64,000 bases of DNA, taken from Haliotis rufescens. Lineage: Eukaryota. Location of the stretch: assembly GCF_023055435.1 (NCBI RefSeq), contig NW_025963857.1, positions 23,374,001-23,438,000 on the forward strand. The letters run 5' to 3'. Every line of letters starts with the position of its first letter. The stretch's first letter is position 1. The position numbers and the translations under genes are program-made. Positions 12,038-27,595 of this stretch are shown here, piece after piece. The notes beneath the pieces were generated by a model. The model was given only the letters and a program-made list of their open reading frames with translations. It searched no databases and was not told where the DNA came from.

Positions 12038-14196
12038 CACTATCTGATAGTCATTCATACGCACATGCTTGTGATCATTATAGTCGGAATCGTACAATGG
12101 CCTCTGCTTCGAGCAGAGCTTTCGAATGATTCTGAAAAGGGTTTTGTGGCGTTTATTTGCAACTGCGTTTCTTGAGAGAACTCTCTTATCTTCAACATAT
12201 CATCTTGATAATTGTACACTTCATTATCAAGGAATTTGTGATAATACGAGCATCACTAAATTTGATATCTCAATTTTTATAGATAACGCCTGAATATTGA
12301 TATAATAATCATTCAATGATGACCCTTTAACTACATAAATCGTCAACGCCAGAGAATATTCAGGCTCGATTATCTGTTGAAACAGATTTCATTGGGTGTA
12401 AAAGGCAGGATTGTGCTAAAATGTATACTGAATATCAGTGATGTCACCAGGTGTTAGTGAATAGTTCATATTTGTTGGATGTTTCATGAGCTCCTCCGTC
12501 CGTTCCATCGTGTGCCAAATTGGGAGAATGTTGTCTTTTGACAATGTCTCAGCCATTCATACTTTTGCATATATACTTAATCACTGTTGCAAATAACTCA
12601 CGTTAACGTGTTTTAATCTTCGGCTGAGTCTTAGGTCGTAAACATTAGAAGAAAGTATATAAATCGTCTCTACCCTTTACGTATGCCCTTGACGTCGACA
12701 TGATGAAGCAGTAGTGATAGTGATGATTGTGTTCTTTTAAGGCGTGTTTAGACCAAAACTCTTACCAAGAATAAAACACGCGCAAATCAGTTTGACAATG
12801 TGTAACTATATAAGGGTTGCCCAGAAAAAACGTACATCTAAAAGTAAAGACGTGTGTTTTCAGAAGAAAATGCTCTTAAAGTATAACACAAAGGTGTTTT
12901 CAAAGATAGACATGATCAAACGACTTGTTTTTACAGTCTGGTTGTTGTTATAAAGACTTATGACACGCTTTAAAGTTGGACCATTTATTCCGCTGAATTT
13001 CACTCTCTACAGTTACCAAATGCAATCTCCTTTGTATTGATAAATGATTGTCACTTCTGCTTTGTAATCAAACAATAGGGATATATTAGCTATTTGTTTG
13101 TTCATTGTAATCTTCAATCCTACCAATCCAGTTCGGAATCTTCAAATTCGCGCTCTGATTTAATCAATATGTATTTTACAAATAGCGCCTACAGGGAAGG
13201 TGGTTAGTAAACACACAACTAAATATCTATATAGATACTTCTCCTATTAATTACATAAGCAGTATGCAAAATGTTAAATTGCATCATCAAATCAAGAAGT
13301 ACATGTTTGATGGAAATTACAAATAATTCGTAGTTTGATAAGCTATACCCGGACAAGCGTATTTAATAGATATTTTTGAATTCAATCGTTTTGTTTGTGT
13401 AATTGATAAACTGTAAAGATATGTTATTGTCATGGAAATTCCAACTGTTTGCATTCCCTTCTAACCAAAGCAGTAAGAATCTTGCAACATTTGTTTTGAT
13501 GCTCTGTATCACTATGGCTTTCGGGTTTGTTTTATTGCAGCAGCTCAGATATTATTTATACAAAGCGCCATAACAACATGTAGATTGTATTCTGAATACA
13601 ACTTTCGCTCATTTTCAAGGACAGCGCACACATTTGCATTTCAATACAGTGCACACTGTCTACCCCTTGATACCGTCAATGACTGCTTTGACAAAAATTG
13701 ACACGCCTGCTTATTTGTTTCGCTGCATGTTTTTAAAATGCAAATTGAAATACAGACAGCCAATTCCAGATATTATGGTACTTCAAATGGCCATCAAACC
13801 CTTTCCTGGCAGCCCAAATGATACATTCCCGTGAAACATGAACTCGGGTAAGTGACATTTGGTGGGAGATATATCAAGCATAAAATCCCTCCTCTTATCA
13901 TCATGTCCGGTTTCCTCAGGAACTTAATAGCACTTTTCAGTAGTTGATATCTTACCTAGCAGTAAAACGCAATATCATTGAAGTGTGCTTGGATATTGGT
14001 CGACAACACGTACTATGTCCAGAGTTTACAATATGAAAAAACATTGATCACTCTTCCATTGTGAACATTCAATTCAGATTAAGATTTTCAAACAAATTTC
14101 AAGGCGTAAATAAATATGACAAGATTTTATTGAACCAATTCCATTGGTTTGAGAAAATACATAAATAGCCAGCATCACACTGCAGGTGATAATAAC

Positions 14197-14822
14197 TCAA
14201 TAATAGCCGATACCTGAAACAAAAAAATAGTAGAATAAAGTTGGGATGTATGGATAAGTCACAACGAAGTCTTGAAACTAGCTGCATGATAAACTATACC
14301 AAATATTAGAGAAAGCAGAGAATAGTTTTAAAGATGTTTTGTAAATGTCATCAGCTTTGTCGCGGAAAATAGTAATACCACATAGGTAAATTATGCAATT
14401 TTGCAAACGAGACTGGAGGTACATTTACGGATACGATAAACAAATGATATCATATTTTGTGAAATACCTTTTCCCAATCCAATTCCGTACCCTCCCATTC
14501 CGTAGAGACCACCATAGCCCCCGAGTCCTCCGTACAGACCTCCCATGCCGTATCCGTATTTGCCTCCGTATAGACCTCCCATGCCTCCGTATAGACCTCC
14601 CATGCCTCCGTATAGACCTCCCATGCCTCCGTATAGACCTCCATAGCCTCCAAGACCTCCAAGGCCTCCAAGACCTCCAAGGCCTCCGTACAATCCACCC
14701 ATTCCGTAGCCAATTCCGCCCAGTCCTCCTTTCAACCCGCCAATTCCACCATACAGACCGGTAGGCTCGGCAAAGGCGGTAACAGCCAGGCAGGCAACAA
14801 GAGCGGCGACTATCTTCATCAT
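14197..14822 (-). CDS. Secreted Gly/Tyr-rich protein, copy 4; join(14822..14468, 14213..14197); 123 aa
   Basis: Same structure; one extra 21-bp GGLYGGM repeat. Confidence 0.9.
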
Positions 14823-15475
14823 TTTGAGTATCTATTGAGTAACGGGAAAATCATTGTCAAGAAAGGTAAAATAGCATGTTATCGTTACTCATCTGGTAAA
14901 TTCAGTTCACACCACTCATTGTGAATTATGTTATCAGTTTTGCTTTCACCCGCATTCATATATTTCTCAATGTACAAGAACGTCTTATGTTACATATTCG
15001 GACTTTTATGAATTGGCTCAACATAAAGATTGAAAACAGCCTGATGCGCAGCAGATGAATCAAAAATTAAAAGTATACATATATATCACAAGCAAAATTT
15101 AAATTAGTACTTGCAGTTTGGTCTTTACTCGTATCTGTGTCTCAACGGCAGGTGAAGATAAGAGATGATGGAACAGTTTCCCCCGTCCTTTATATATACC
15201 ATTTGTGAATTATACGTGATTGATTTACCTTGGGCTGGCCACTTCCAGGTAAGTAACGCACCTCAGCTTAATGGTGTAAAGTAAGCATTCTTTTCGCATC
15301 AAAGGGCCCGAGGTTATCACCCTACGGGTACACATGCGAGCTGGTATTCATGAACATCGATTAAGGAAGTACAAGACAACGTATATAAAGGTGGCAAACA
15401 GACACACTCTCTCTGGCATCGTCTAACTGCATTTCAAACAGTCCTCGATACTCAATGTTTAACCTATATTATTTA

Positions 15476-15641
15476 GGGGCGGTCGGGTAGCCTAGTGGTT
15501 AAAGCGTTCGCTCGTTACGCCGAAGACACGGGTTCGATTTCCGACATGGGTACAATGTGTGTAGCCCATTGCTGGTGTCCCCCGCCGTGATATTGCTGGA
15601 ATATTGCTCAAAGCGGCGTAAAACCATACTCACTCACTCAC
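15476..15641 (+). mobile_element. SINE-A, unit 4
   Basis: Copy of 2118-2283 with the same TSD. Confidence 0.88.
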
Positions 15642-16233
15642 TTTAACCTATATTAAGTAAATATTCGATAATGGTCTGAAAAGTGTGTATCCAGTAAATA
15701 TATGATGTGGGAGCAACATACATCAGACATTATAATGCATCTGTGTGATACGACATAACATGAGACCAGAAAACTGACGCAACACACCAGTACAGCCTCG
15801 CCACAGTACAGCAGTAGCACTGTACCACACGAGGTCAACTATGCTAACCGTTTCCGTGTAATACAGCAGCCTGCTCACAAGAAAATAGCTTCTGCTGAAT
15901 ATACTGCAGAAGTCCCCAGATACTACATTATTCGCCCCGAATTTTATTTATCTTACTGCACAATAACTATAAACTACAACAGTTTTATTTCCTAACTGAA
16001 AGGGACATATATTGGTTTCTTCTCACAAAGGGACTGTCACTATGAATACTCACAACACCTTTATATGTGTGTAGTATCTGTTAAAAGCCGAAAGCTGAAA
16101 ACTTGATTGACATATGAACAACAGCTTGTTTTCTTGTCTTTGTTGACTTGTCTTTGTATGTGTTTGTGACGGTAGAACCGATGGGGCAGGATACGCTTAC
16201 TTTTTGGCAACCGCCAGGTATCATCACTATCTG

Positions 16234-16499
16234 GTTGGTTAGTTGGTTGGTTGGTTGTTTAACGCTGCACTCAGCAATATATTACTGCTATATGACGGCG
16301 GTCTGTAAATAATCGAGTCTGGACCAGACAATCCATTGATTAAAATCATTAGCATCGATCCACCCAATTGGGATCGATGGCATGCATCAACCAAGTCAGC
16401 GAGCCTGACCACCCGATCCCGTTAGTCGCCTTTTACGACAAGCATAGTCACCTTTTACGCCTAGCATGGGTTGCTGAAGACCTATTCTACCCCGGAATC
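16234..16499 (-). mobile_element. SINE-B, unit 4
   Basis: Copy of 2890-3155. Confidence 0.83.
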
Positions 16500-18658
16500 C
16501 ACTATCTGATAGTCATTCATACGCACATGCTTGTGATCATTATAGTCGGAATCGTACAATGGCCTCTGCTTCGAGCAGAGCTTTCGAATGATTCTGAAAA
16601 GGGTTTTGTGGCGTTTATTTGCAACTGCGTTTCTTGAGAGAACTCTCTTATCTTCAACATATCATCTTGATAATTGTACACTTCATTATCAAGGAATTTG
16701 TGATAATACGAGCATCACTAAATTTGATATCTCAACTTTTATAGATAACGCCTGAATATTGATACAATAATCATTCAATGATGACCCTTTAACTACATAA
16801 ATCGTCAACGCCAGAGAATATTCAGGCTCGATTATCTGTTGAAACAGATTTCATTGGGTGTAAAAGGCAGGATTGTGCTAAAATGTATACTGAATATCAG
16901 TGATGTCACCAGGTGTTAGTGAATAGTTCATATTTGTTGGATGTTTCATGAGCTCCTCCGTCCGTTCCATCGTGTGCCAAATTGGGAGAATGTTGTCTTT
17001 TGACAATGTCTCAGCCATTCATACTTTTGCATATATACTTAATCACTGTTGCAAATAACTCACGTTAACGTGTTTTAATCTTCGGCTGAGTCTTAGGTCG
17101 TAAACATTAGAAGAAAGTAAAGAAATCGTCTCTACCCTTTACGTATGCCCTTGACGTCGACATGATGAAGCAGTAGTGATAGTGATGATTGTGTTCTTTT
17201 AAGGCGTGTTTAGACCAAAACTCTTACCAAGAATAAAACACGCGCAAATCAGTTTGACAATGTGTAACTATATAAGGGTTGCCCAGAAAAACCGTACATC
17301 TAAAAGTAAAGACGTGTGTTTTCAGAAGAAAATGCTCTTAAAGTATAACACAAAGGTGTTTTCAAAGATAGACATGATCAAACGACTTGTTTTTACAGTC
17401 TGGTTGTTGTTATAAAGACTTATGACACGCTTTAAAGTTGGACCATTTATTCCGCTGAATTTCACTCTCTACAGTTACCAAATGCAATCTCCTTTGTATT
17501 GATAAATGATTGTCACTTCTGCTTTGTAATCAAACAATAGGGATATATTAGCTATTTGTTTGTTCATTGTAATCTTCAATCCTACCAATCCAGTTCGGAA
17601 TCTTCAAATTCGCGCTCTGATTTAATCAATATGTATTTTACAAATAGCGCCTACAGGGAAGGTGGTTAGTAAACACACAACTAAATATCTATATAGATAC
17701 TTCTCCTATTAATTACATAAGCAGTATGCAAAATGTTAAATTGCATCATCAAATCAAGAAGTACATGTTTGATGGAAATTACAAATAATTCGTAGTTTGA
17801 TAAGCTATACCCGGACAAGCGTATTTAATAGATATTTTTGAATTCAATCGTTTTGTTTGTGTAATTGATAAACTGTAAAGATATGTTATTGTCATGGAAA
17901 TTCCAACTGTTTGCATTCCCTTCTAACCAAAGCAGTAAGAATCTTGCAACATTTGTTTTGATGCTCTACATCACTATGGCTTTCGGGTTTGTTTTATTGC
18001 AGCAGCTCAGATATTATTTATACAAAGCGCCATAACAACATGTAGATTGTATTCTGAATACAACTTTCGCTCATTTTCAAGGACAGCGCACACATTTGCA
18101 TTTCAATACAGTGCACACTGTCTACCCCTTGATACCGTCAATGACTGCTTTGACAAAAATTGACACGCCTGCTTATTTGTTTCGCTGCATGTTTTTAAAA
18201 TGCAAATTGAAATACAGACAGCCAATTCCAGATATTATGGTACTTCAAATGGCCATCAAACCCTTTCCTGGCAGCCCAAATGATACATTCCCGTGAAACA
18301 TGAACTCGGGTAAGTGACATTTGGTGGGAGATATATCAAGCATAAAATCCCTCCTCTTATCATCATGTCCGGTTTCCTCAGGAACTTAATAGCACTTTTC
18401 AGTAGTTGATATCTTACCAAGCAGTAAAACGCAATATCATTGAAGTGTGCTTGGATATTGGTCGACAACACGTACTATGTCCAGAGTTTACAATATGAAA
18501 AAACATTGATCACTCTTCCATTGTGAACATTCAATTCAGATTAAGATTTTCAAACAAATTTCAAGGCGTAAATAAATATGACAAGATTTTATTGAACCAA
18601 TTCCATTGGTTTGAGAAAATACATAAATAGCCAGCATCACACTGCAGGTGATAATAAC

Positions 18659-19284
18659 TCAATAATAGCCGATACCTGAAACAAAAAAATAGTAGAATAA
18701 AGTTGGGATGTATGGATAAGTCACAACGAAGTCTTGAAACTAGCTGCATGATAAACTATACCAAATATTAGAGAAAGCAGAGAATAGTTTTAAAGATGTT
18801 TTGTAAATGTCATCAGCTTTGTCGCGGAAAATAGTAATACCACATAGGTAAATTATGCAATTTTGCAAACGAGACTGGAGGTACATTTACGGATACGATA
18901 AACAAATGATATCATATTTTGTGAAATACCTTTTCCCAATCCAATTCCGTATCCTCCCATTCCGTAGAGACCACCATAGCCCCCGAGTCCTCCGTACAGA
19001 CCTCCCATGCCGTATCCGTATTTGCCTCCGTATAGACCTCCCATGCCTCCGTATAGACCTCCCATGCCTCCGTATAGACCTCCCATGCCTCCGTATAGAC
19101 CTCCATAGCCTCCAAGACCTCCAAGGCCTCCAAGACCTCCAAGGCCTCCGTACAATCCACCCATTCCGTAGCCAATTCCGCCCAGTCCTCCTTTCAACCC
19201 GCCAATTCCACCATACAGACCGGTAGGCTCGGCAAAGGCGGTAACAGCCAGGCAGGCAACAAGAGCGGCGACTATCTTCATCAT
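18659..19284 (-). CDS. Secreted Gly/Tyr-rich protein, copy 5; join(19284..18930, 18675..18659); 123 aa
   Basis: Same structure; protein as copy 4. Confidence 0.9.
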
Positions 19285-19937
19285 TTTGAGTATCTATTGA
19301 GTAACGGGAAAATCATTGTCAAGAAAGGTAAAATAGCATGTTATCGTTACTCATCTGGTAAATTCAGTTCACACCACTCATTGTGAATTATGTTATCAGT
19401 TTTGCTTTCACCCGCATTCATATATTTCTCAATGTACAAGAACGTCTTATGTTACATATTCGGACTTTTATGAATTGGCTCAACATAAAGATTGAAAACA
19501 GCCTGATGCGCAGCAGATGAATCAAAAATTAAAAGTATACATATATATCACAAGCAAAATTTAAATTAGTACTTGCAGTTTGGTCTTTACTCGTATCTGT
19601 GTCTCAACGGCAGGTGAAGATAAGAGATGATGGAACAGTTTCCCCCGTCCTTTATATATACCATTTGTGAATTATACGTGATTGATTTACCTTGGGCTGG
19701 CCACTTCCAGGTAAGTAACGCACCTCAGCTTAATGGTGTAAAGTAAGCATTCTTTTCGCATCAAAGGGCCCGAGGTTATCACCCTACGGGTACACATGCG
19801 AGCTGGTATTCATGAACATCGATTAAGGAAGTACAAGACAACGTATATAAAGGTGGCAAACAGACACACTCTCTCTGGCATCGTCGAACTGCATTTCAAA
19901 CAGTCCTCGATACTCAATGTTTAACCTATATTATTTA

Positions 19938-20103
19938 GGGGCGGTCGGGTAGCCTAGTGGTTAAAGCGTTCGCTCGTTACGCCGAAGACACGGGTTCGAT
20001 TTCCGACATGGGTACAATGTGTGTAGCCCATTGCTGGTGTCCCCCGCCGTGATATTGCTGGAATATTGCTCAAAGCGGCGTAAAACCATACTCACTCACT
20101 CAC
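19938..20103 (+). mobile_element. SINE-A, unit 5
   Basis: Copy of 2118-2283 with the same TSD. Confidence 0.88.
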
Positions 20104-20695
20104 TTTAACCTATATTAAGTAAATATTCGATAATGGTCTGAAAAGTGTGTATCCAGTAAATATATGATGTGGGAGCAACATACATCAGACATTATAATGC
20201 ATCTGTGTGATACGACATAACATGAGACCAGAAAACTGACGCAACACACCAGTACAGCCTCGCCACAGTACAGCAGTAGCACTGTACCACACGAGGTCAA
20301 CTATGCTAACCGTTTCCGTGTAATACAGCAGCCTGCTCACAAGAAAATAGCTTCTGCTGAATATACTGCAGAAGTCCCCAGATACTACATTATTCTCCCC
20401 GAATTTTATTTATCTTACTGCACAATAACTATAAACTATAACAGCTTTATTTCCTAACTGAAAGGGACATATATTGGTTTCTTCTCACAAAGGGACTGTC
20501 ACTATGAATACTCACAACACCTTTATATGTGTGTAGTATCTGTTAAAAGCCGAAAGCTGAAAACATGATTGACATATGAACAACAGCTTGTTTTCTCGTC
20601 TTTGTTGACTTGTCTTTGTATGTGTTTGTGACGGTAGAACCGATGGGGCAGGATACGCTTACTTTTTGGCAACCGCCAGGTATCATCACTATCTG

Positions 20696-20961
20696 GTTGG
20701 TTAGTTGGTTGGTTGGTTGTTTAACGCTGCACTCAGCAATATATTACTGCTATATGACGGCGGTCTGTAAATAATCGAGTCTGGACCAGACAATCCAGTG
20801 ATTAAAATCATTAGCATCGATCCACCCAATTGGGATCGATGACATGCATCAACCAAGTCAGCGAGCCTGACCACCCGATCCCGTTAGTCGCCTTTTACGA
20901 CAAGCATAGTCACCTTTTACGGCAAGCATGGGTTGCTGAAGACCTATTCTACCCCGGAATC
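20696..20961 (-). mobile_element. SINE-B, unit 5
   Basis: Copy of 2890-3155. Confidence 0.83.
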
Positions 20962-23128
20962 CACTATCTGATAGTCATTCATACGCACATGCTTGTGATC
21001 ATTATAGTCGGAATCGTACAATGGCCTCTGCTTCGAGCAGAGCTTTCGAATGATTCTGAAAACTTAAGGGTTTTGTGGCGTTTATTTGCAACTGCGTTTC
21101 TTGAGAGAACTCTCTTATCTTCAACATATCATCTTGATAATTGTACACTTCATTATCAAGGAATTTGTGATAATACGAGCATCACTAAATTTGATATCTC
21201 AATTTTTATAGATAACGCCTGAATATTGAAGATATAATAATCATTCAATGATGACCCTTTAACTACATAAATCGTCAACGCCAGAGAATATTCAGGCTCG
21301 ATTATCTGTTGAAACAGATTTCATTGGGTGTAAAAGGCAAGATTGTGCTAAAATGTATACTGAATATCAGTGATGTCACCAGGTGTTAGTGAATAGTTCA
21401 TATTTGTTGGATGTTTCATGAGCTCCTCCGTCCGTTCCATCGTGTGCCAAATTGGGAGAATGTTGTCTTTTGACAATGTCTCAGCCATTCATACTTTTGC
21501 ATATATCCTTAATCACTGTTGCAAATAACTCACTTTAACGTGTTTTAATCTTCGGCTGAGTCTTAGGTCGTAAACATTAGAAGAAAGTATATAAATCGTC
21601 TCTACCCTTTACGTATGCCCTTGACGTCGACATGATGAAGCAGTAGTGATAGTGATGATTGTGTTCTTTTAAGGCGTGTTTAGACCAAAACTCTTACCAA
21701 GAATAAAACACGCGCAAATCAGTTTGACAATGTGTAACTATATAAGGGTTGCCCAGAAAAACCGTACATCTAAAAGTAAAGACGTGTGTTTTCAGAAGAA
21801 AATGCTCTTAAAGTATAACACAGAGGTGTTTTCAAAGATAGACATGATCAAACGACTTGTTTTTACAGTCTGGTTGTTGTTATAAAGACTTATGACACGC
21901 TTTAAAGTTGGACCATTTATTCCGCTGAATTTCACTCTCTACAGTTACCAAATGCAATCTCCTTTGTATTGATAAATGATTGTCACTTCTGCTTTGTGAT
22001 CAAACAATAGGGATATATTAGCTATTTGTTTGTTCATTGTAATCTTCAATCCTACCAATCCAGTTCGGAATCTTCAAATTCGCGCTCTGATTTAATCAAT
22101 ATGTATTTTACAAATAGCGCCTACAGGGAAGGTGGTTAGTAAACACACAACTAAATATCTATATAGATACTTCTCCTATTAATTACATAAGCAGTATGCA
22201 AAATGTTAAATTGCATCATCAAATCAAGAAGTACATGTTTGATGGAAATTACAAATAATTCGTAGTTTGATAAGCTATACCCGGACAAGCGTATTTAATA
22301 GTTACTTTTGAATTCAATCGTTTTGTTTGTGTAATTGATAAACTGTAAAGATATGTTATTGTCATGGAAATTCCAACTGTTTGCATTCCCTTCTAACCAA
22401 AGCAGTAAGAATCTTGCAACATTTGTTTTGATGCTCTACATCACTATGGCTTTCGGGTTTGTTTTATTGCAGCAGCTCAGATATTATTTATACAAAGCGC
22501 CATAACAACATGTAGATTGTATTCTGAATACAACTTTCGCTCATTTTCAAGGACAGCGCACACATTTGCATTTCAATACAGTGCACACTGTCTACCCCTT
22601 GATACCGTCAATGACTGCTTTGACAAAAATTGACACACCTGCTTATTTGTTTCGCTGCATGTTTTTAAAATGCAAATTGAAATACAGACAGCCAATTCCA
22701 GATATTATGGTACTTCAAATGGCCATCAAACCCTTTCCTGGCAGCCCAAATGATACATTCCCGTGAAACATGAACTCGGGTAAGTGACATTTGGTGGGAG
22801 ATATATCAAGCATAAAATCCCTCCTCTTATCATCATGTCCGGTTTCCTCAGGAACTTAATAGCACTTTTCAGTAGTTGATATCTTAGCTAGCAGTAAAAC
22901 GCAATATCATTGAAGTGTGCTTGGATATTGGTCGACAACACGTACTATGTCCAGAGTTTACAATATGAAGAAACATTGATCACTCTTCCATTGTGAACAT
23001 TCAATTCAGATTAAGATTTTCAAACGAATTTCAAGGCGTAAATAAATATGACAAGATTTTATTGAACCAATTCCATTGGTTTGAGAAAATACATAAATAG
23101 CCAGCATCACACTGCAGGTGATAATAAC

Positions 23129-23754
23129 TCAATAATAGCCGATACCTGAAACAAAAAAATAGTAGAATAAAGTTGGGATGTATGGATAAGTCACAACGAA
23201 GTCTTGAAACTAGCTGCATGATAAACTATACCAAATATTAGAGAAAGCAGAGAATAGTTTTAAAGATGTTTTGTAAATGTCATCAGCTTTGTCGCGGAAA
23301 ATAGTAATACCACATAGGTAAATTATGCAATTTTGCAAACGAGACTGGAGGTACATTTACGGATACGATAAACAAATGATATCATATTTTGTGAAATACC
23401 TTTTCCCAATCCAATTCCGTATCCTCCCATTCCGTAGAGACCACCATAGCCCCCGAGTCCTCCGTACAGACCTCCCATGCCGTATCCGTATTTGCCTCCG
23501 TATAGACCTCCCATGCCTCCGTATAGACCTCCCATGCCTCCGTATAGACCTCCCATGCCTCCGTATAGACCTCCATAGCCTCCAAGACCTCCAAGGCCTC
23601 CAAGACCTCCAAGGCCTCCGTACAATCCACCCATTCCGTAGCCAATTCCGCCCAGTCCTCCTTTCAACCCGCCAATTCCACCATACAGACCGGTAGGCTC
23701 GGCAAAGGCGGTAACAGCCAGGCAGGCAACAAGAGCGGCGACTATCTTCATCAT
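23129..23754 (-). CDS. Secreted Gly/Tyr-rich protein, copy 6; join(23754..23400, 23145..23129); 123 aa
   Basis: Same structure; protein as copy 4. Confidence 0.9.
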
Positions 23755-24407
23755 TTTGAGTATCTATTGAGTAACGGGAAAATCATTGTCAAGAAAGGTA
23801 AAATAGCATGTTATCGTTACTCATCTGGTAAATTCAGTTCACACCACTCATTGTGAATTATGTTATCAGTTTTGCTTACACCCGCATTCATATATTTCTC
23901 AATTTACAAGAACGTCTTATGTTACATATTCGGACTTTTATGAATTGGCTCAACATAAAGATTGAAAACAGCCTGATGCACAGCAGATGAATCAAAAATT
24001 AAAAGTATACATATATATCACAAGCAAAATTTAAATTAGTACTTGCAGTTTGGTCTTTACTCGTATCTGTGTCTCAACGGCAGGTGAAGATAAGAGATGA
24101 TGGAACAGTTTCCCCCGTCCTTTATATATACCATTTGTGAATTATACGTGATTGATTTACCTTGGGCTGGCCACTTCCAGGTAAGTAACGCACCTCAGCT
24201 TAATGGTGTAAAGTAAGCATTCTTTTCGCATCAAAGGGCCCGAGGTTATCACCCTACGGGTACACATGCGAGCTGGTATTCATGAACATCGATTAAGGAA
24301 GTACAAGACAACGTATATAAAGGTGGCAAACAGACACACTCTCTCTGGCATCGTCTAACTGCATTTCAAACAGTCCTCGATACTCAATGTTTAACCTATA
24401 TTATTTA

Positions 24408-24569
24408 GGGGCGGTCGGGTAGCCTAGTGGTTAAAGCGTTCGCTTGTTACGCCGAAGACACGGGTTCGATTTCCGACATGGGTACAATGTGTGTAGCCCA
24501 TTGCTGGTGTCCCCCGCCGTGATATTGCTGGAATATTGCTCAAAGCGGCGTAAAACCATACTCACTCAC
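24408..24569 (+). mobile_element. SINE-A, unit 6 (tail one ACTC shorter)
   Basis: Copy of 2118-2283 with the same TSD. Confidence 0.88.
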
Positions 24570-25162
24570 TTTAACCTATATTAAGTAAATATTAAATTAA
24601 TGGTCTGAAAAGTGTGTATCCAGTAAATATATGATGTGGGAGCAACATACATCAGACATTATAATGCATCTGTGTGATACGACATAACATGAGACCAGAA
24701 AACTGACGCAACACACCAGTACAGCCTCGCCACAGTACAGCAGTAGCACTGTACCACACGAGGTCAACTATGCTAACCGTTTCCGTGTAATACAGCAGCC
24801 TGCTCACAAGAAAATAGCTTCTGCTGAATATACTGCAGAAGTCCCCAGATACTACATTATTCTCCCCGAATTTTATTTATCTTACTGCACAATAACTATA
24901 AACTACAACAGCTTTATTTCCTAACTGAAAGGGACATATATTGGTTTCTTCTCACAAAGGGACTGTCACTATGAATACTCACAACACCTTTATATGTGTG
25001 TAGTATCTGTTAAAAGCCGAAAGCTGAAAACATGATTGACATATAAACCAGAGCTTGTTTTCTCGTCTTTGTTGACTTGTCTTTGTATGTGTTTGTGACG
25101 GTAGAACCGATGGGGCAGGATACGCTTACTTTTTGGCAACCGCCAGGTATCATCACTATCTG

Positions 25163-25428
25163 GTTGGTTAGTTGGTTGGTTGGTTGTTTAACGCTGCACT
25201 CAGCAATATATTACTGCTATATGACGGCGGTCTGTAAATAATCGAGTCTGGACCAGACAATCCAGTGATTAAAATCATTAGCATCGATCCACCCAATTGG
25301 GATCGATGACATGCATCAACCAAGTCAGCGAGCCTGACCACCCGATCCCGTTAGTCGCCTTTTACGACAAGCATAGTCACCTTTTACGGCAAGCATGGGT
25401 TGCTGAAGACCTATTCTACCCCGGAATC
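25163..25428 (-). mobile_element. SINE-B, unit 6
   Basis: Copy of 2890-3155. Confidence 0.83.
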
Positions 25429-27595
25429 CACTATCTGATAGTCATTCATACGCACATGCTTGTGATCATTATAGTCGGAATCGTACAATGGCCTCTGCTT
25501 CGAGCAGAGCTTTCGAATGATTCTGAAAACTTAAGGGTTTTGTGGCGTTTATTTGCAACTGCGTTTCTTGAGAGAACTCTCTTATCTTCAACATATCATC
25601 TTGATAATTGTACACTTCATTATCAAGGAATTTGTGATAATACGAGCATCACTAAATTTGATATCTCAATTTTTATAGATAACGCCTGAATATTGAAGAT
25701 ATAATAATCATTCAATGATGACCCTTTAACTACATAAATCGTCAACGCCAGAGAATATTCAGGCTCGATTATCTGTTGAAACAGATTTCATTGGGTGTAA
25801 AAGGCAAGATTGTGCTAAAATGTATACTGAATATCAGTGATGTCACCAGGTGTTAGTGAATAGTTCATATTTGTTGGATGTTTCATGAGCTCCTCCGTCC
25901 GTTCCATCGTGTGCCAAATTGGGAGAATGTTGTCTTTTGACAATGTCTCAGCCATTCATACTTTTGCATATATCCTTAATCACTGTTGCAAATAACTCAC
26001 TTTAACGTGTTTTAATCTTCGGCTGAGTCTTAGGTCGTAAACATTAGAAGAAAGTATATAAATCGTCTCTACCCTTTACGTATGCCCTTGACGTCGACAT
26101 GATGAAGCAGTAGTGATAGTGATGATTGTGTTCTTTTAAGGCGTGTTTAGACCAAAACTCTTACCAAGAATAAAACACGCGCAAATCAGTTTGACAATGT
26201 GTAACTATATAAGGGTTGCCCAGAAAAACCGTACATCTAAAAGTAAAGGCGTGTGTTTTCAGAAGAAAATGCTCTTAAAGTATAACACAGAGGTGTTTTC
26301 AAAGATAGACATGATCAAACGACTTGTTTTTACAGTCTGGTTGTTGTTATAAAGACTTATGACACGCTTTAAAGTTGGACCATTTATTCCGCTGAATTTT
26401 ACTCTCTACAGTTACCAAATGCAATCTCCTTTGTATTGATAAATGATTGTCACTTCTGCTTTGTGATCAAACAATAGGGATATATTAGCTATTTGTTTGT
26501 TCATTGTAATCTTCAATCCTACCAATCCAGTTCGGAATCTTCAAATTCGCGCTCTGATTTAATCAATATGTATTTTACAAATAGCGCCTACAGGGAAGGT
26601 GGTTAGTAAACACACAACTAAATATCTATATAGATACTTCTCCTATTAATTACATAAGCAGTATGCAAAATGTTAAATTGCATCATCAAATCAAGAAGTA
26701 CATGTTTGATGGAAATTACAAATAATTCGTAGTTTGATAAGCTATACCCGGACAAGCGTATTTAATAGTTACTTTTGAATTCAATCGTTTTGTTTGTGTA
26801 ATTGATAAACTGTAAAGATATGTTATTGTCATGGAAATTCCAACTGTTTGCATTCCCTTCTAACCAAAGCAGTAAGAATCTTGCAACATTTGTTTTGATG
26901 CTCTACATCACTATGGCTTTCGGGTTTGTTTTATTGCAGCAGCTCAGATATTATTTATACAAAGCGCCATAACAACATGTAGATTGTATTCTGAATACAA
27001 CTTTCGCTCATTTTCAAGGACAGCGCACACATTTGCATTTCAATACAGTGCACACTGTCTACCCCTTGATACCGTCAATGACTGCTTTGACAAAAATTGA
27101 CACGCCTGCTTATTTGTTTCGCTGCATGTTTTTAAAATGCAAATTGAAATACAGACAGCCAATTCCAGATATTATGGTACTTCAAATGGCCATCAAACCC
27201 TTTCCTGGCAGCCCAAATGATACATTCCCGTGAAACATGAACTCGGGTAAGTGACATTTGGTGGGAGATATATCAAGCATAAAATCCCTCCTCTTATCAT
27301 CATGTCCGGTTTCCTCAGGAACTTAATAGCACATTTCAGTAGTTGATATCTTAGCTAGCAGTAAAACGCAATATCATTGAAGTGTGCTTGGATATTGGTC
27401 GACAACACGTACTATGTCCAGAGTGTACAATATGGAGAAACATAGATCACTCTTCCATTGTGAACATTCAATTCAGATTAAGATTTTCAAACAAATTTCA
27501 AGGCGTAAATAAATATGACAAGATTTTATTGAACCAATTCCATTGGTTTGAGAAAATACATAAATAGCCAGCATCACACTGCAGGTGATAATAAC